Assembly (NCBI GenBank): GCA_965279035.1
Contig: OZ257142.1
Span: 2,720,001-2,784,000 of the forward strand
Source of the DNA: Bacteroidia bacterium
GTDB taxonomy: Bacteria > Bacteroidota > Bacteroidia > M30B66
DNA: 64,000 nucleotides
Direction of reading: 5' to 3'
Shown here one piece after another: positions 46,759 through 56,410 of this stretch (positions are counted from its first letter, which is position 1; each line of letters begins with the position of its first letter). The notes under the pieces are model-generated. The model was given only the letters and a program-made list of their open reading frames with translations. It did not search any database and was not told the origin of the DNA. Made by a program: the position numbers and the translations under genes.

Positions 46759-47574
46759 TTAGATTCCATAACTCGATTTAACAAGAAATTTAAACCAACT
46801 ATCAGGCATCCATTTTCGTAACCAAAGCAACATGGGAGCAGGATTTCCAGCTGCGTAGCGTAAACGATTTCCTCTATCGGTAGCTGCTCGAAATATGACT
46901 TTAGCTACTGAGATTGCAGATGTTCCTGTATTACCAGCATTGCTAGATGTCTTTTCACATTTAGTTACAAATGCATCGTATTGGTTTGTAGTTTCGGGTT
47001 TGACAAACACGCGATTTCGAGTATAAAAATCAGTTTTTATTACTCCCGGTTCAATTATGCGGACTTTAATTCCTAAAGGTTCAAGTTCATAACGCAAACT
47101 TTCCGAAAAACCTTCTACCGCCCATTTGGTGCCATGATAGATGGAAAATAAAGGAAAGGCAATGCGACCACCCATAGAAGCAATTTGAATAATAGTTCCT
47201 GATTTTTGAGCACGAAAAACTGGAATTATCGCGCGAGTCATTCGCATTAAACCAAACACATTCGTATCGAATTGCTTTTCAAAAACAGCATCGTTCATGG
47301 CTTCAAATACACCATCAACGGCATATCCGGCATTGTTGACTAATACATCAATTCGTCCGAAATCTTTTTGAATTTGACTTAATGCTGAATCGATACTAGC
47401 TGTTTCGGTTACATCGAGTACATAGGTTTTTATACCTGAAATAGAACTTAATTCAGGATATTTTTCCGGATTACGCATGGTGGCTGCTACATTCCATCCT
47501 TGTGAAGCAAAATATTCGGCTGCTGCTCTTCCTATTCCGGTGGAAGCTCCGGTAATGATGACTGTTTGGTTCAT
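46759..47574 (-). CDS. SDR-family oxidoreductase
   Basis: ITGASTGIG, NNAG, YHGTK catalytic motif. Confidence 0.93.
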   Translation of the reverse strand: MNQTVIITGASTGIGRAAAEYFASQGWNVAATMRNPEKYPELSSISGIKTYVLDVTETASIDSALSQIQKDFGRIDVLVNNAGYAVDGVFEAMNDAVFEKQFDTNVFGLMRMTRAIIPVFRAQKSGTIIQIASMGGRIAFPLFSIYHGTKWAVEGFSESLRYELEPLGIKVRIIEPGVIKTDFYTRNRVFVKPETTNQYDAFVTKCEKTSSNAGNTGTSAISVAKVIFRAATDRGNRLRYAAGNPAPMLLWLRKWMPDSWFKFLVKSSYGI

Positions 47575-47580
47575 TTTAGT

Positions 47581-47594
47581 TGAATATCTATTCA
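47581..47594. promoter_or_regulatory. Candidate TetR operator upstream of the SDR gene
   Basis: Palindrome TGAATA-TC-TATTCA; matches 48214-48227. Confidence 0.65.
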
Positions 47595-47612
47595 TTTATT
47601 TGTCAAAAAAAT

Positions 47613-48188
47613 TCAGCGTTTTACACTATCCCAAGCGAGCGAAAATGGTGCATCTAAATTGGAACGATCGAGTTGGATGATTCCGGCATAATGCCATTTA
47701 ACCAATTCGAGAATACTACCCGATAAATGGGCTAACATCAAACTAGTATCTAGTGGTTTAATGAGTTCTTCGGCTTGACCACGTAGCAACACATCATGTG
47801 CAGCTTGAAGCAAAAGATCGGCTTCGTTACGAACTTCGGGACGAAGAAAAGGAGAACGATAATATTGTTCTATAAATGCCGATTCCTCTGGATAATCGAG
47901 ACTCACCAATAAAAAATTCTCCCAAACCAAGCGGAAACTCATTTTGAAAGGACGATTCAAATCTTCGGGTTTGAGGTAATGTTTGGCTTGTTTCCGCTTT
48001 AAGTGTAGGTAAAGTGCGTTAATCAATTCCACTTTATCTTTAAAATAAACGTACAATGTACCAGTCGCTACTTGAGCTTCTTTCGCCACATCGGCCATCT
48101 TCAAACCACCAAAACCTTGCTGCTGCACCAATTTTAAGGTGGCTGCATGGATGCGTTCTATCTTCTGCTCGTCGCGTGGTTTTGCCAT
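47613..48188 (-). CDS. TetR/AcrR-family transcriptional regulator
   Basis: HTH: GFGGLKMADVAKEAQVATGTLYVYFKDKVEL. Confidence 0.93.
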   Translation of the reverse strand: MAKPRDEQKIERIHAATLKLVQQQGFGGLKMADVAKEAQVATGTLYVYFKDKVELINALYLHLKRKQAKHYLKPEDLNRPFKMSFRLVWENFLLVSLDYPEESAFIEQYYRSPFLRPEVRNEADLLLQAAHDVLLRGQAEELIKPLDTSLMLAHLSGSILELVKWHYAGIIQLDRSNLDAPFSLAWDSVKR

Positions 48189-48203
48189 GATTGTTTGAGT
48201 GCA

Positions 48204-48227
48204 CAAATATAAATGAATAAATATTCA
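48204..48227 (-). promoter_or_regulatory. tetR promoter (-7 TATATTTG) with adjacent palindromic operator
   Basis: TATATTTG at 48211-48204 (minus strand) and palindrome TGAATA-AA-TATTCA at 48214-48227. Confidence 0.65.
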
Positions 48228-48291
48228 CCAAACAATTTTTAAGAATTTAATTCTTCAAATAATTACTTTCGTTAAAGCCATTCAATACACG

Positions 48292-50043
48292 TTGATAAAA
48301 CATATTATATCTATTCTTAGCATATTGGCTCTCCTAGCCTATTTGAATCCACTCAATGCGCAATCGTGGCAATGGGGAAAACGATTGGGAAGCACTTACA
48401 TAACCGGCACACAATCGGATAATGAGATTATGAGCGACCTCACAAGCGATAATGCAGGAAATATCTATGTTGCAGGTTTAGTGCGGACTTCACAAACCAT
48501 TTCGGCCGATACACACACCATACCTGCTAGCTTCAGTTCGTTTTCAAATAACATTCAACTCAGCAGTTATCGCTGTGATGGTTCATTGCGTTGGTCAAAA
48601 ATTATTGGAACTCCAAATGGAGCTTATTCTAAGTCGGTTCAAACCGATACCATGGGTGGTGTGTATTTACTTGCAGCTATTTTTATGCAAGATGGTTTAA
48701 CAGGATTTGTAGGTAATGAGCCCGCCATTTCAGGAACCAATCGCTCCCTGTACATTATACGCATTGATAGTACAGGTGCATTAGATTGGTTGGCAACACC
48801 ACAATCGGATACCATTTCATTTAACAATGCCTTTAATAATACCTACCCCATCGACATGCATGTAACTCCTTCGGGAGAGGTTTCGGTGATGAGTTTACTT
48901 TCGCCCGGTGCTAATATTGGCGGACAATTAGTTACCACTCAACCCGACGTGTATATGTTGCGTTATTCTTCGCAAGGTGCTTTTATACATGCTGATAAAA
49001 TGCCTATTCATTGTCATAATAATTCGACATATCGCATGTCGATGCACATGACACGAAGTAATAATGGGAATTACATTGTGAGTGCATATAGTTTTTATAC
49101 CGATGTTGATTCGATGGTAGTTTCACAAACACCTATTGAACACTCATTTATTGCAAGCTACACATCCGATATTCAGTTGAATTGGCTTCATGAATTTGGT
49201 ATTCGTCCCGAACTGGATAATCTATTTTACAATCCCGTTTTTACAGGCAGACCGGTATGTGATGAAAACAATAACATTTTTGCTTCGGGAACTTGCAGTC
49301 ACAGCGATACATTGGCGGGACATGCATTCGTAAATACCATTACTCAAAACATTGCTAGTATGCCATTTTTGGTGAAGTTTAATCCGAATGGAAGTCTTAT
49401 TTGGACGCAAAATGCATCGGTTGAATATCCTGCAGTTGCATGGGGAATTGCGCTACATGCTGATACGGTTGCCGTTAGTGGTGTGTATCCAGGAACCCTT
49501 CGTTGGGAAAACAGTAATTTAAAATTGCAACAAATTGCCAATGAAGGAAGAGATCCATTTGTAGCTGTATTCAATGCAAATACAGGAATGCTCTTGAAAC
49601 TCGATAGTCTTTCGGGTGTGAGTGGTTTTGATGAAGATTCGCGTTTCTTAACCTGCGATCCGAATGGAAGTTTTTATTTAGGTGGAAATTTCGGCACCTA
49701 CTTAACAGTGGCAAATGATGGCTTGCAAGCTGCGGGAGACAACGATTATTATATTGCTAAATATGGAAATGACCATTGCGTTATTGTTCCACCGAATAGT
49801 ATAGAAACCCTTGACAATTCGACAATCAATATATTTCCAAATCCAAGTTCTGGATTGATAGAAATTCAATTATCGGAGCATGCTGAACAATTGGATGTGA
49901 TTGATATGAATGGACGATTGGTAAATCGAATAGCGCCAAATTCAGGATTAAAGTATCAGATAAATCTTCCTAATTCGGGTGTTTATTTGATTCGAATCAA
50001 TACAGGAAAATCACTTATTTGTAAACGTATAGTTCGTTTATAA
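48292..50043 (+). CDS. Beta-propeller (SBBP-like) T9SS cargo protein
   Basis: Signal peptide, WQWGKRLG, D..GNIYVAG repeats; IFPNPSSG...GVYLIRI...KRIVRL sorting domain. Confidence 0.83.
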   Translation: MIKHIISILSILALLAYLNPLNAQSWQWGKRLGSTYITGTQSDNEIMSDLTSDNAGNIYVAGLVRTSQTISADTHTIPASFSSFSNNIQLSSYRCDGSLRWSKIIGTPNGAYSKSVQTDTMGGVYLLAAIFMQDGLTGFVGNEPAISGTNRSLYIIRIDSTGALDWLATPQSDTISFNNAFNNTYPIDMHVTPSGEVSVMSLLSPGANIGGQLVTTQPDVYMLRYSSQGAFIHADKMPIHCHNNSTYRMSMHMTRSNNGNYIVSAYSFYTDVDSMVVSQTPIEHSFIASYTSDIQLNWLHEFGIRPELDNLFYNPVFTGRPVCDENNNIFASGTCSHSDTLAGHAFVNTITQNIASMPFLVKFNPNGSLIWTQNASVEYPAVAWGIALHADTVAVSGVYPGTLRWENSNLKLQQIANEGRDPFVAVFNANTGMLLKLDSLSGVSGFDEDSRFLTCDPNGSFYLGGNFGTYLTVANDGLQAAGDNDYYIAKYGNDHCVIVPPNSIETLDNSTINIFPNPSSGLIEIQLSEHAEQLDVIDMNGRLVNRIAPNSGLKYQINLPNSGVYLIRINTGKSLICKRIVRL

Positions 50044-50052
50044 TCTGTATTT

Positions 50053-50167
50053 GCCTGAGGGATTGCAGCGGAAATCTTTTGTGAGGAACGAGCAAAAATT
50101 GCAGCGTAAAGCCCGACCTGCATGAACTTAACGAAGCATTGCTGAGTTGAGCGAATGAAGGGCAGGC
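50053..50167 (-). ncRNA. Structured intergenic repeat, Flavo-1-like, copy B
   Basis: Minus strand GCCTG...GGTCGGGCTTTACGCTGCAA...TTCCGCTGCAATCCCTCAGGC; same architecture as copies A and D with compensatory changes. Confidence 0.6.
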
Positions 50168-50205
50168 CATTTAAAATATGAAATTCAATTTCCTATCTTG
50201 CTCCC

Positions 50206-51126
50206 ATGGCTCGATCGATTCTTTATTACTTACTTATTTGCTTTGGCGTTTGTTGGCTTGGCGCGGCACTCATTCATTTCCTTGATTTAGGATATGGTTC
50301 TATCGCCTCAACACTTATTGTTGCGTTCATTTGTATGCCCGCCCCTGCCCTCGCTGCTTGGTTGGTTCAAACACGCATTCTTAAACGTCCATTCTCGGAA
50401 CTCGGTTTGACTTGGAAACGAGCGAATCGCAATCAATTGTATTTAATTCCACTTTGGCTATTTCTATTGTTGATTTTCAATTTTGGATGGATTGCTTTGC
50501 TTGGAAATGCCTTTGGAATTGATGCTTTTGGAACTCTTGATTTTAGCATGGATGGCTTTCTTCTCAAATTGGAGGAAATGACACAGGGTAAAACCGATTT
50601 GAGCGAAATAAACTTCCCTCCTACCTATGTGATTTTTTTACTCGTGGCAATATCGGGTGTGGTGGCTGGAGCAACGGTGAATTTGCCTTTTACCTTGGGC
50701 GAAGAAATTGGCTGGCGTGGATTCCTCTTTAAACAACTCGAAAATCAATCTTGGTTGAAACGTAGCTTAATTACCGGAACCATTTGGGGTTTATGGCATG
50801 CACCGCTTATATTGATGGGACATAATTATCCCGATCATCCCTATTTAGGCATTTTGATGATGGTGTTTTTTTGTGTTTCACTTTCATTTCCGATGGATTG
50901 GATACGCCGTAAAACGGGCTCTATTCTAGGTCCCGGCGCATTGCATGGAATGATCAATGCTGCTGCTGGAGGAACATTTTTGTTTATTCAAGATGGAGAT
51001 ACGCTCATAGGATCGATTGCCGGATTTAGCGGTGGACTTGCCTGCTTAACGTTGTTTGGAGCTCAATATTTACTGACAAAAATCATAAAAGAAAAAGAAT
51101 CAATCGAAGTACATTTGCCCGAATGA
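50206..51126 (+). CDS. CPBP (CAAX/Abi) family intramembrane metalloprotease
   Basis: GEEIGWRG, WGLWH and HGMIN motifs; many TM helices. Confidence 0.9.
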   Translation: MARSILYYLLICFGVCWLGAALIHFLDLGYGSIASTLIVAFICMPAPALAAWLVQTRILKRPFSELGLTWKRANRNQLYLIPLWLFLLLIFNFGWIALLGNAFGIDAFGTLDFSMDGFLLKLEEMTQGKTDLSEINFPPTYVIFLLVAISGVVAGATVNLPFTLGEEIGWRGFLFKQLENQSWLKRSLITGTIWGLWHAPLILMGHNYPDHPYLGILMMVFFCVSLSFPMDWIRRKTGSILGPGALHGMINAAAGGTFLFIQDGDTLIGSIAGFSGGLACLTLFGAQYLLTKIIKEKESIEVHLPE

Positions 51127-52157
51127 AAACCCTTTCCATCTTATTCATTGCTGCTTTATTTAGCAGCTCGCTTTTGGCTCAAGAACCACATCTTCAGAAT
51201 ATTCGTCAGCTCACTTTTGGTGGCGATAATGCCGAAGCTTATTTCAGTTTTGATAACAGCAAACTCACTTTGCAAATTACCAATCCCAAACAAGGAATTC
51301 CCTGTGATCAGATTTATTTGATGGATTTGCAAAACGAAGATAAAGTTGTTCCACGCCGCATTAGCACTGGAAAAGGTCGTACAACTTGCTCCTATTTTAT
51401 GCCGGGTGATAAAACCATTTTGTACGCTTCTACTCACGCAGCTGCTGATACCTGTCCACCGCCACCAGCGCCGCGTAAAGACGGAAAATACCTATGGCCG
51501 ATTTACAATACGTTTGATATTTACGTGGCCGATTTGAATGGAAAAATTGTAAATCAACTCACCAATGCGCCCGGTTATGATGCTGAAGCAACGGTTTCTC
51601 CTGATGGAAAAATGATTGTTTTCACCTCCGATCGTTCGGGCGATTTGGAATTGTATATCATGGATATTGACGGAAAAAACGTACGACAAATCACTTCTGG
51701 TTTAGGCTATGACGGTGGTGCTTTCTTTTCGCCCGATAGTAAGAAATTGGTGTATCGAGCATCTCGTCCAAAAACACCTGATGAAATTGCTAGCTATAAG
51801 CAATTGCTTCGCGAAGGATTGGTTGCTCCAACCACTATGGAAATTTATACCTGTAATGTTGATGGAACAGAGCAGAAACAACTCACGCAATTGGGAAAGG
51901 CGAATTGGGCACCTTTCTTCCATCCATCAGGTAAGAAAATTATTTTTGCTTCTAATCACTCATCTACCAAAGGATACGACTTCAATTTATTCATGATCAA
52001 TCTCGATGGAACTGGTCTGGAGCAAATTACCAACATCAGCAACTTTAACGCGTTTCCGATGTTTTCACCCGATGGAAAGAGACTCGTATTTTCTTCGAAT
52101 CGCAACAATGGCGGAACGCGCGATACGAATGTGTTTATAGCCGATTGGAAAGATTAA
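51123..52157 (+). CDS. TolB-like PD40 beta-propeller periplasmic protein
   Basis: Signal peptide; NAEAYFS, YDAEATVSPDG, YDGGAFFSPD and FPMFSPDG repeats. Confidence 0.88.
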   Translation: MKTLSILFIAALFSSSLLAQEPHLQNIRQLTFGGDNAEAYFSFDNSKLTLQITNPKQGIPCDQIYLMDLQNEDKVVPRRISTGKGRTTCSYFMPGDKTILYASTHAAADTCPPPPAPRKDGKYLWPIYNTFDIYVADLNGKIVNQLTNAPGYDAEATVSPDGKMIVFTSDRSGDLELYIMDIDGKNVRQITSGLGYDGGAFFSPDSKKLVYRASRPKTPDEIASYKQLLREGLVAPTTMEIYTCNVDGTEQKQLTQLGKANWAPFFHPSGKKIIFASNHSSTKGYDFNLFMINLDGTGLEQITNISNFNAFPMFSPDGKRLVFSSNRNNGGTRDTNVFIADWKD

Positions 52158-52174
52158 ACCTTATTGTATTTAAC

Positions 52175-53401
52175 ATGAAACTTCGTTCAATTTCACTTTT
52201 AGCCTTGTTGATTAGCAGCCAATTGGGTGCACAAAACTGGTTTGATCCTAAAATCATTCTTCAACATATTTCGGTAATAGCTTCTGATTCGCTACGCGGA
52301 CGCGGAACAGGAACCGAAGATGAGCGCAAAGCTGCCGAATATGTAATTGCTCAGTGGAAAGCTGCCGGCATTCAGCCAAAAGGTGAACATGGTTCTTGGT
52401 TTCAAGAATTTGATTTCAATGCGGGCATGCATGGCAAAGGTGGACGAAGTGGAAAAACAAATAACATCATAGGTTTTCTCGATAATAAAGCGGCAACAAC
52501 TATTGTCATAGGTGCACACATGGACCATTTAGGAGATGGTTCGGATGGACATTCCTTGGATGCACATGCGAAAGGTCAAATCCACAACGGCGCGGATGAC
52601 AATGCATCGGGAACAAGCGGAGTGATTGAATTAGCTCGTTTCTATGGAATGAATAAGGAAACCGAAAAATTCAATTTTCTATTTATTTGTTTTTCAGGTG
52701 AAGAATTGGGTTTATTGGGTTCTGAATATTTTGCCAATCATCCTACGATTGATTTAGCTCAGGTGAATTGCATGATCAATATGGATATGATTGGTCGTTT
52801 GAAAACAGATAAACCGGTATTGGAAGTTTCTGGTGTTGGAACAGCCGCTGAATGGATGGATTTGGTGAAATCGTTTTCGAGTGCAGCTATGGAAATTAAA
52901 TGCGATTCGGCAGGTGTTGGTCCATCAGATCATACGTCGTTTTACAACAAACAAATTCCGGTATTGCATTTCTTTACGGGTACACACAGCGATTATCATA
53001 AACCTTCGGATGATGTAGAGAAGATTAATGCTCAAGGTGAAGAAGCGGTGTTAATGGTGATTTCTGGAGTCATTGCTAAATTACCTACTGATCACAAATT
53101 GGCATTTTTGAAAACTCGCAATCCTTCGATGGGAAGCGCTTCGGCCTTTAAAGTAACCTTAGGCATTATGCCTTCTTATGCCGAAGACGCAGCCGGCTTA
53201 AAAGTAGAAGCAGTGCTCGACGATAAAGCAGCTTTCAAAGCAGGAATGAAAGATGGCGACATTATTACTCAAATGGGAGATGTCAAAGTCACCGGAATTC
53301 AATCTTACATGGAAGGATTGGGGAAATTCAGCAAAGGAGATAAAACTAAAGTCACCGTATTGCGTGGTAAAGAAACGCTGGTGCTGGATGTAGAGTTTTA
53401 G
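52175..53401 (+). CDS. M28-family peptidase with C-terminal PDZ domain
   Basis: GAHMDH, NGADDNASG, GEELGLLGS, NMDMIGR, SDH, DYHKPSD; TLGIMP...GDII PDZ domain. Confidence 0.92.
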   Translation: MKLRSISLLALLISSQLGAQNWFDPKIILQHISVIASDSLRGRGTGTEDERKAAEYVIAQWKAAGIQPKGEHGSWFQEFDFNAGMHGKGGRSGKTNNIIGFLDNKAATTIVIGAHMDHLGDGSDGHSLDAHAKGQIHNGADDNASGTSGVIELARFYGMNKETEKFNFLFICFSGEELGLLGSEYFANHPTIDLAQVNCMINMDMIGRLKTDKPVLEVSGVGTAAEWMDLVKSFSSAAMEIKCDSAGVGPSDHTSFYNKQIPVLHFFTGTHSDYHKPSDDVEKINAQGEEAVLMVISGVIAKLPTDHKLAFLKTRNPSMGSASAFKVTLGIMPSYAEDAAGLKVEAVLDDKAAFKAGMKDGDIITQMGDVKVTGIQSYMEGLGKFSKGDKTKVTVLRGKETLVLDVEF

Positions 53402-53532
53402 TTTTTTGAATTAAATATTCTTATAAACCTGAGAGGTTGTTGATTAATCAATATAATTTATTCAATCAATCATTGAATAAAGAATGCAGTAGAATCATGA
53501 AAATTTATCATTCATGTTTGTCTGCGACGCCA

Positions 53533-53720
53533 TACTTTCTTGTCTTGACACACGCTTCGACAAGCTCAGCGTGCATTAAAAGAAGGTCAAGTCTGGACGA
53601 TACTGCTTACGCGCAAGGCCTTTTTTCGACCATTGTGATGGGATAAGCTTTTTCTCATCTATGTCGAAACACACCCTCGCCGCCCAGACGAAGCCACCGC
53701 TCTGATCCGTTTCTAAACCT
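53533..53720. repeat. GC-rich structured intergenic element with a nested REP unit (53551-53574)
   Basis: cacgct-tcgacaagctc-agcgtg sits inside a tactttcttgtcttgacac...aagaaggt hairpin, followed by nested stems gtctggacg/cgcccagac and tttcgac/gtcgaaa. Confidence 0.6.
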
Positions 53721-53896
53721 AATTTTACATTAAAATAAAATAATTTAAGGCCTTTAATTAGCATTGAGTATTGTAGTAAACGATAAAATATTTGAAGTAT
53801 GATTTATTTTTAAGATACTTTTAAATTCTTAACTGCATAAAGTGATAGCCGATTGAAATCCTAAATATATTAAAATGATAGATAAAACACGGAATC

Positions 53897-53954
53897 GGGC
53901 AAGGGATTGAGCTGAGCTCCTGCGATGCGAAAGCGCGGTGCGGAGCATGCCCCC
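53897..53954 (-). ncRNA. Short/degenerate Flavo-1-like element, copy C
   Basis: Minus strand GGGGCATGC...CGCTTTCGC...GCTCAATCCCTTGCCC shares the end blocks with the other copies but lacks the long internal arms. Confidence 0.4.
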
Positions 53955-53958
53955 AAAT

Positions 53959-53991
53959 AAAAAAGCTACCACATGCATGCAGTAGCTTTTT
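53959..53991 (-). terminator. Rho-independent terminator of the MBL-rhodanese gene
   Basis: aaaaagctac/gtagcttttt stem with A/T tracts, just past the stop at 54010. Confidence 0.75.
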
Positions 53992-54009
53992 GATTTAGTG
54001 TGTGAAATT

Positions 54010-55416
54010 TTAAAGCATTGTTTTAGGTTCCAAATAATTTGTGTGCTTTAATGATGTAGTTCGTAGTGCTTTATATCCACCGAGAATATTCACCACTTTA
54101 TGATAGCCTTTTGACATTAAAATTGAAGCCGCAATCACTGAACGATATCCTCCAGCACAATGGATATAATAGGTTTTATCGGAATTTATGGTATGTATTT
54201 TTTGATGAATAAAATCGAGTGGTAAATTAATAGCACCGATTAAATGTTCTGAATCGAATTCACTTTTACGTCGTACATCCAACAAATTAAGTGGCTCTAT
54301 TTCGAACTTCTCAGCGAAACTTTCGGCATCTATTTCAGCGAGACTTCCAATAGGCTTTCCAGCCAATTTCCAAGAAGTAATTCCCCCTTTTAAATAACCC
54401 AAGGTATTATCGTAACCAACACGTGCAAGTCGAGTAACTACTTCATTTTCAAAACCTGGATCGGCAAGGAAAAGAATGGGCTGATTTAAATCCATTACCA
54501 ATGCGCCAACCCAAGGAGCAAAGCTATCTTCAATGCCGATATACCAAGAACCTGGAATATGTGCTTGAGTAAAATATTCTTTTTTACGTGTGTCGATTAC
54601 GAGTGCTTTTTCAGTTTCTAATATGAGAAGGAAAGCATCGATATCGAGTGCCGTAGTTCCTTTCGTAAGCACTTCATCAAAAGAGGCATATCCTGTTTTA
54701 TTCATCACTGCATTCTTTGGAAAATATTGTGGCGGTGCAACGAGTCCATCGGTTACTTCTTTAATAAATTCCTTTTTTGTTAATGCACGTAAAGCATAGT
54801 TCACTTGTTTTTGATGTCCGAGCGTGTCGATAGTTTCTTTGCTCATATTTTTACCACAAGCCGAACCTGCACCATGCCCCGGATATACAATAACATCGTC
54901 GGATAATGGGAAAATTTTTATGTGTAAAGAATCGTATAAATGTCCTGCAAGATCTTCGCGCGAAAGGTCCGATTTAACAGCTAAATCGGGGCGACCAACA
55001 TCACCAATAAACAAGGTATCGCCACTAAAAATTGCTTGTTCAATTCCTTCTTCATCGATGAGAAGAAAGGTACAAGATTCCATGGTATGACCGGGTGTAT
55101 GCAAAACGCGAATGGTAATATCGCCCAATTTCAAGTCTTCGTTATCCTTGGCAATATGTGCTTCGAATGCAGGTTGTGCTGTTGGACCAAATACAATTTG
55201 AGCACCTGTTTTCTTAGCTAAATCGAGGTGCCCGGAGACAAAATCAGCATGGAAATGCGTTTCTAAAATGTACTTGATTTTGGCATTGTCGTTTTTTGCC
55301 ATTTCGATGTATGGTGATGATTCGCGCAAAGGATCAACAATCGCAACTTCGCCTTTACTTTCTATGTAGTAGGCTGCTTCGGCAAGGCAACCTGTATAAA
55401 GTTGTTCAATTTTCAT
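54010..55416 (-). CDS. MBL-fold hydrolase fused to two rhodanese domains (persulfide dioxygenase/CstB-like)
   Basis: ETHFHADFVSGH, HTPGHT, GDVGRPDL, YPGHGAGSACG; rhodanese motif HCAGGYRS. Confidence 0.92.
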   Translation of the reverse strand: MKIEQLYTGCLAEAAYYIESKGEVAIVDPLRESSPYIEMAKNDNAKIKYILETHFHADFVSGHLDLAKKTGAQIVFGPTAQPAFEAHIAKDNEDLKLGDITIRVLHTPGHTMESCTFLLIDEEGIEQAIFSGDTLFIGDVGRPDLAVKSDLSREDLAGHLYDSLHIKIFPLSDDVIVYPGHGAGSACGKNMSKETIDTLGHQKQVNYALRALTKKEFIKEVTDGLVAPPQYFPKNAVMNKTGYASFDEVLTKGTTALDIDAFLLILETEKALVIDTRKKEYFTQAHIPGSWYIGIEDSFAPWVGALVMDLNQPILFLADPGFENEVVTRLARVGYDNTLGYLKGGITSWKLAGKPIGSLAEIDAESFAEKFEIEPLNLLDVRRKSEFDSEHLIGAINLPLDFIHQKIHTINSDKTYYIHCAGGYRSVIAASILMSKGYHKVVNILGGYKALRTTSLKHTNYLEPKTML

Positions 55417-55717
55417 AAAAATCGATTTTGACAGATTTAAAAAAGATAAACAAAATTGATTGGAATAGCCTTCTCAAAATATGACCTATATCAGGTATTG
55501 AATTTATTTATGAAGTGTTTGATATTTATTTTATCTCGGTTGGTTGAATTCTGAATTTGATTTAAGTATATATTAATGAATTCAAGTTTTTTGAAATTAT
55601 AAAATCAATGTTAATAAATAATGAGAATCAAAGAAATTATAACAAGTAATCATTCTATTTTTCAAAAATCAATTGAGCGATTCAGGTATAAAATCAAGAT
55701 TTATTAAAAAAGCAGGA

Positions 55718-56410
55718 ATGAAAAATCGAATTCTCTCATCCATATTATTTCTTTTTTTGTTGATTTCGGGACAATGCTTTCCTCAGGCTCATTTCTATAT
55801 AGGACGTAGTTTCGGCATGTATCAGCATTTTCAAGGTCCGCTTGAAACAAGAGCTTGGTTGTTTAATAATTATACGGATGTAAAAAAAGAAATGAATCCC
55901 AATCGATTGAATGGAGGAATTGTTTTGGGAACGAATATGACAATTGGTCGCAGTGTTTTTGGCTTAGAGTTTTGCGGGAAAAACAATCGGTTTAGCGGAA
56001 CGAGAGAAGGATTGGGAATTAAAATAACAGATCAGTATAATGAAAAACTCAATGTTTTTTATGTCAATTATGGCTTAGGAAATAAAATTGGGTATTCTGA
56101 ATTAAATGAAACAAAATTTATTTATCGAGCACAAGTGGGCGTTGGATTTTACTCATTTAAATTAAAAGAAGATCGCAAAGGATTTGATGATTTTAGTGGA
56201 ACTGTTGGTTCAAGAAAAGGGATTTCGTTTCGATTTGGATTATACACTTTAATGAAATTGACTAATCACATTTATCTCAATGTAGTTCCCTATTATGAAA
56301 TGGATACGGGTGGCGGATATGTTGAGATTTTGGAGGATAAATTAAAGCAATCTGAATTTTTCAATATCACCAATTTGGGTGTCAATATAAATTTGAATTA
56401 TGCGTTCTAA
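55718..56410 (+). CDS. Secreted outer-membrane beta-barrel-like protein of unknown function
   Basis: Signal peptide MKNRILSSILFLFLL; alternating aromatic beta-strands; C terminus GVNINLNYAF. Confidence 0.65.
   Translation: MKNRILSSILFLFLLISGQCFPQAHFYIGRSFGMYQHFQGPLETRAWLFNNYTDVKKEMNPNRLNGGIVLGTNMTIGRSVFGLEFCGKNNRFSGTREGLGIKITDQYNEKLNVFYVNYGLGNKIGYSELNETKFIYRAQVGVGFYSFKLKEDRKGFDDFSGTVGSRKGISFRFGLYTLMKLTNHIYLNVVPYYEMDTGGGYVEILEDKLKQSEFFNITNLGVNINLNYAF

Noticed and set aside
50206-51126. Abortive-infection or bacteriocin-immunity system
   Set aside because: The Abi label for CPBP proteases is historical, and no bacteriocin or defence genes are nearby.
53437-53764. Short ORFs 53437-53646 (+) and 53576-53764 (-)
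   Set aside because: They run through the structured repeat; the ASTSSA peptide is the translated REP core.
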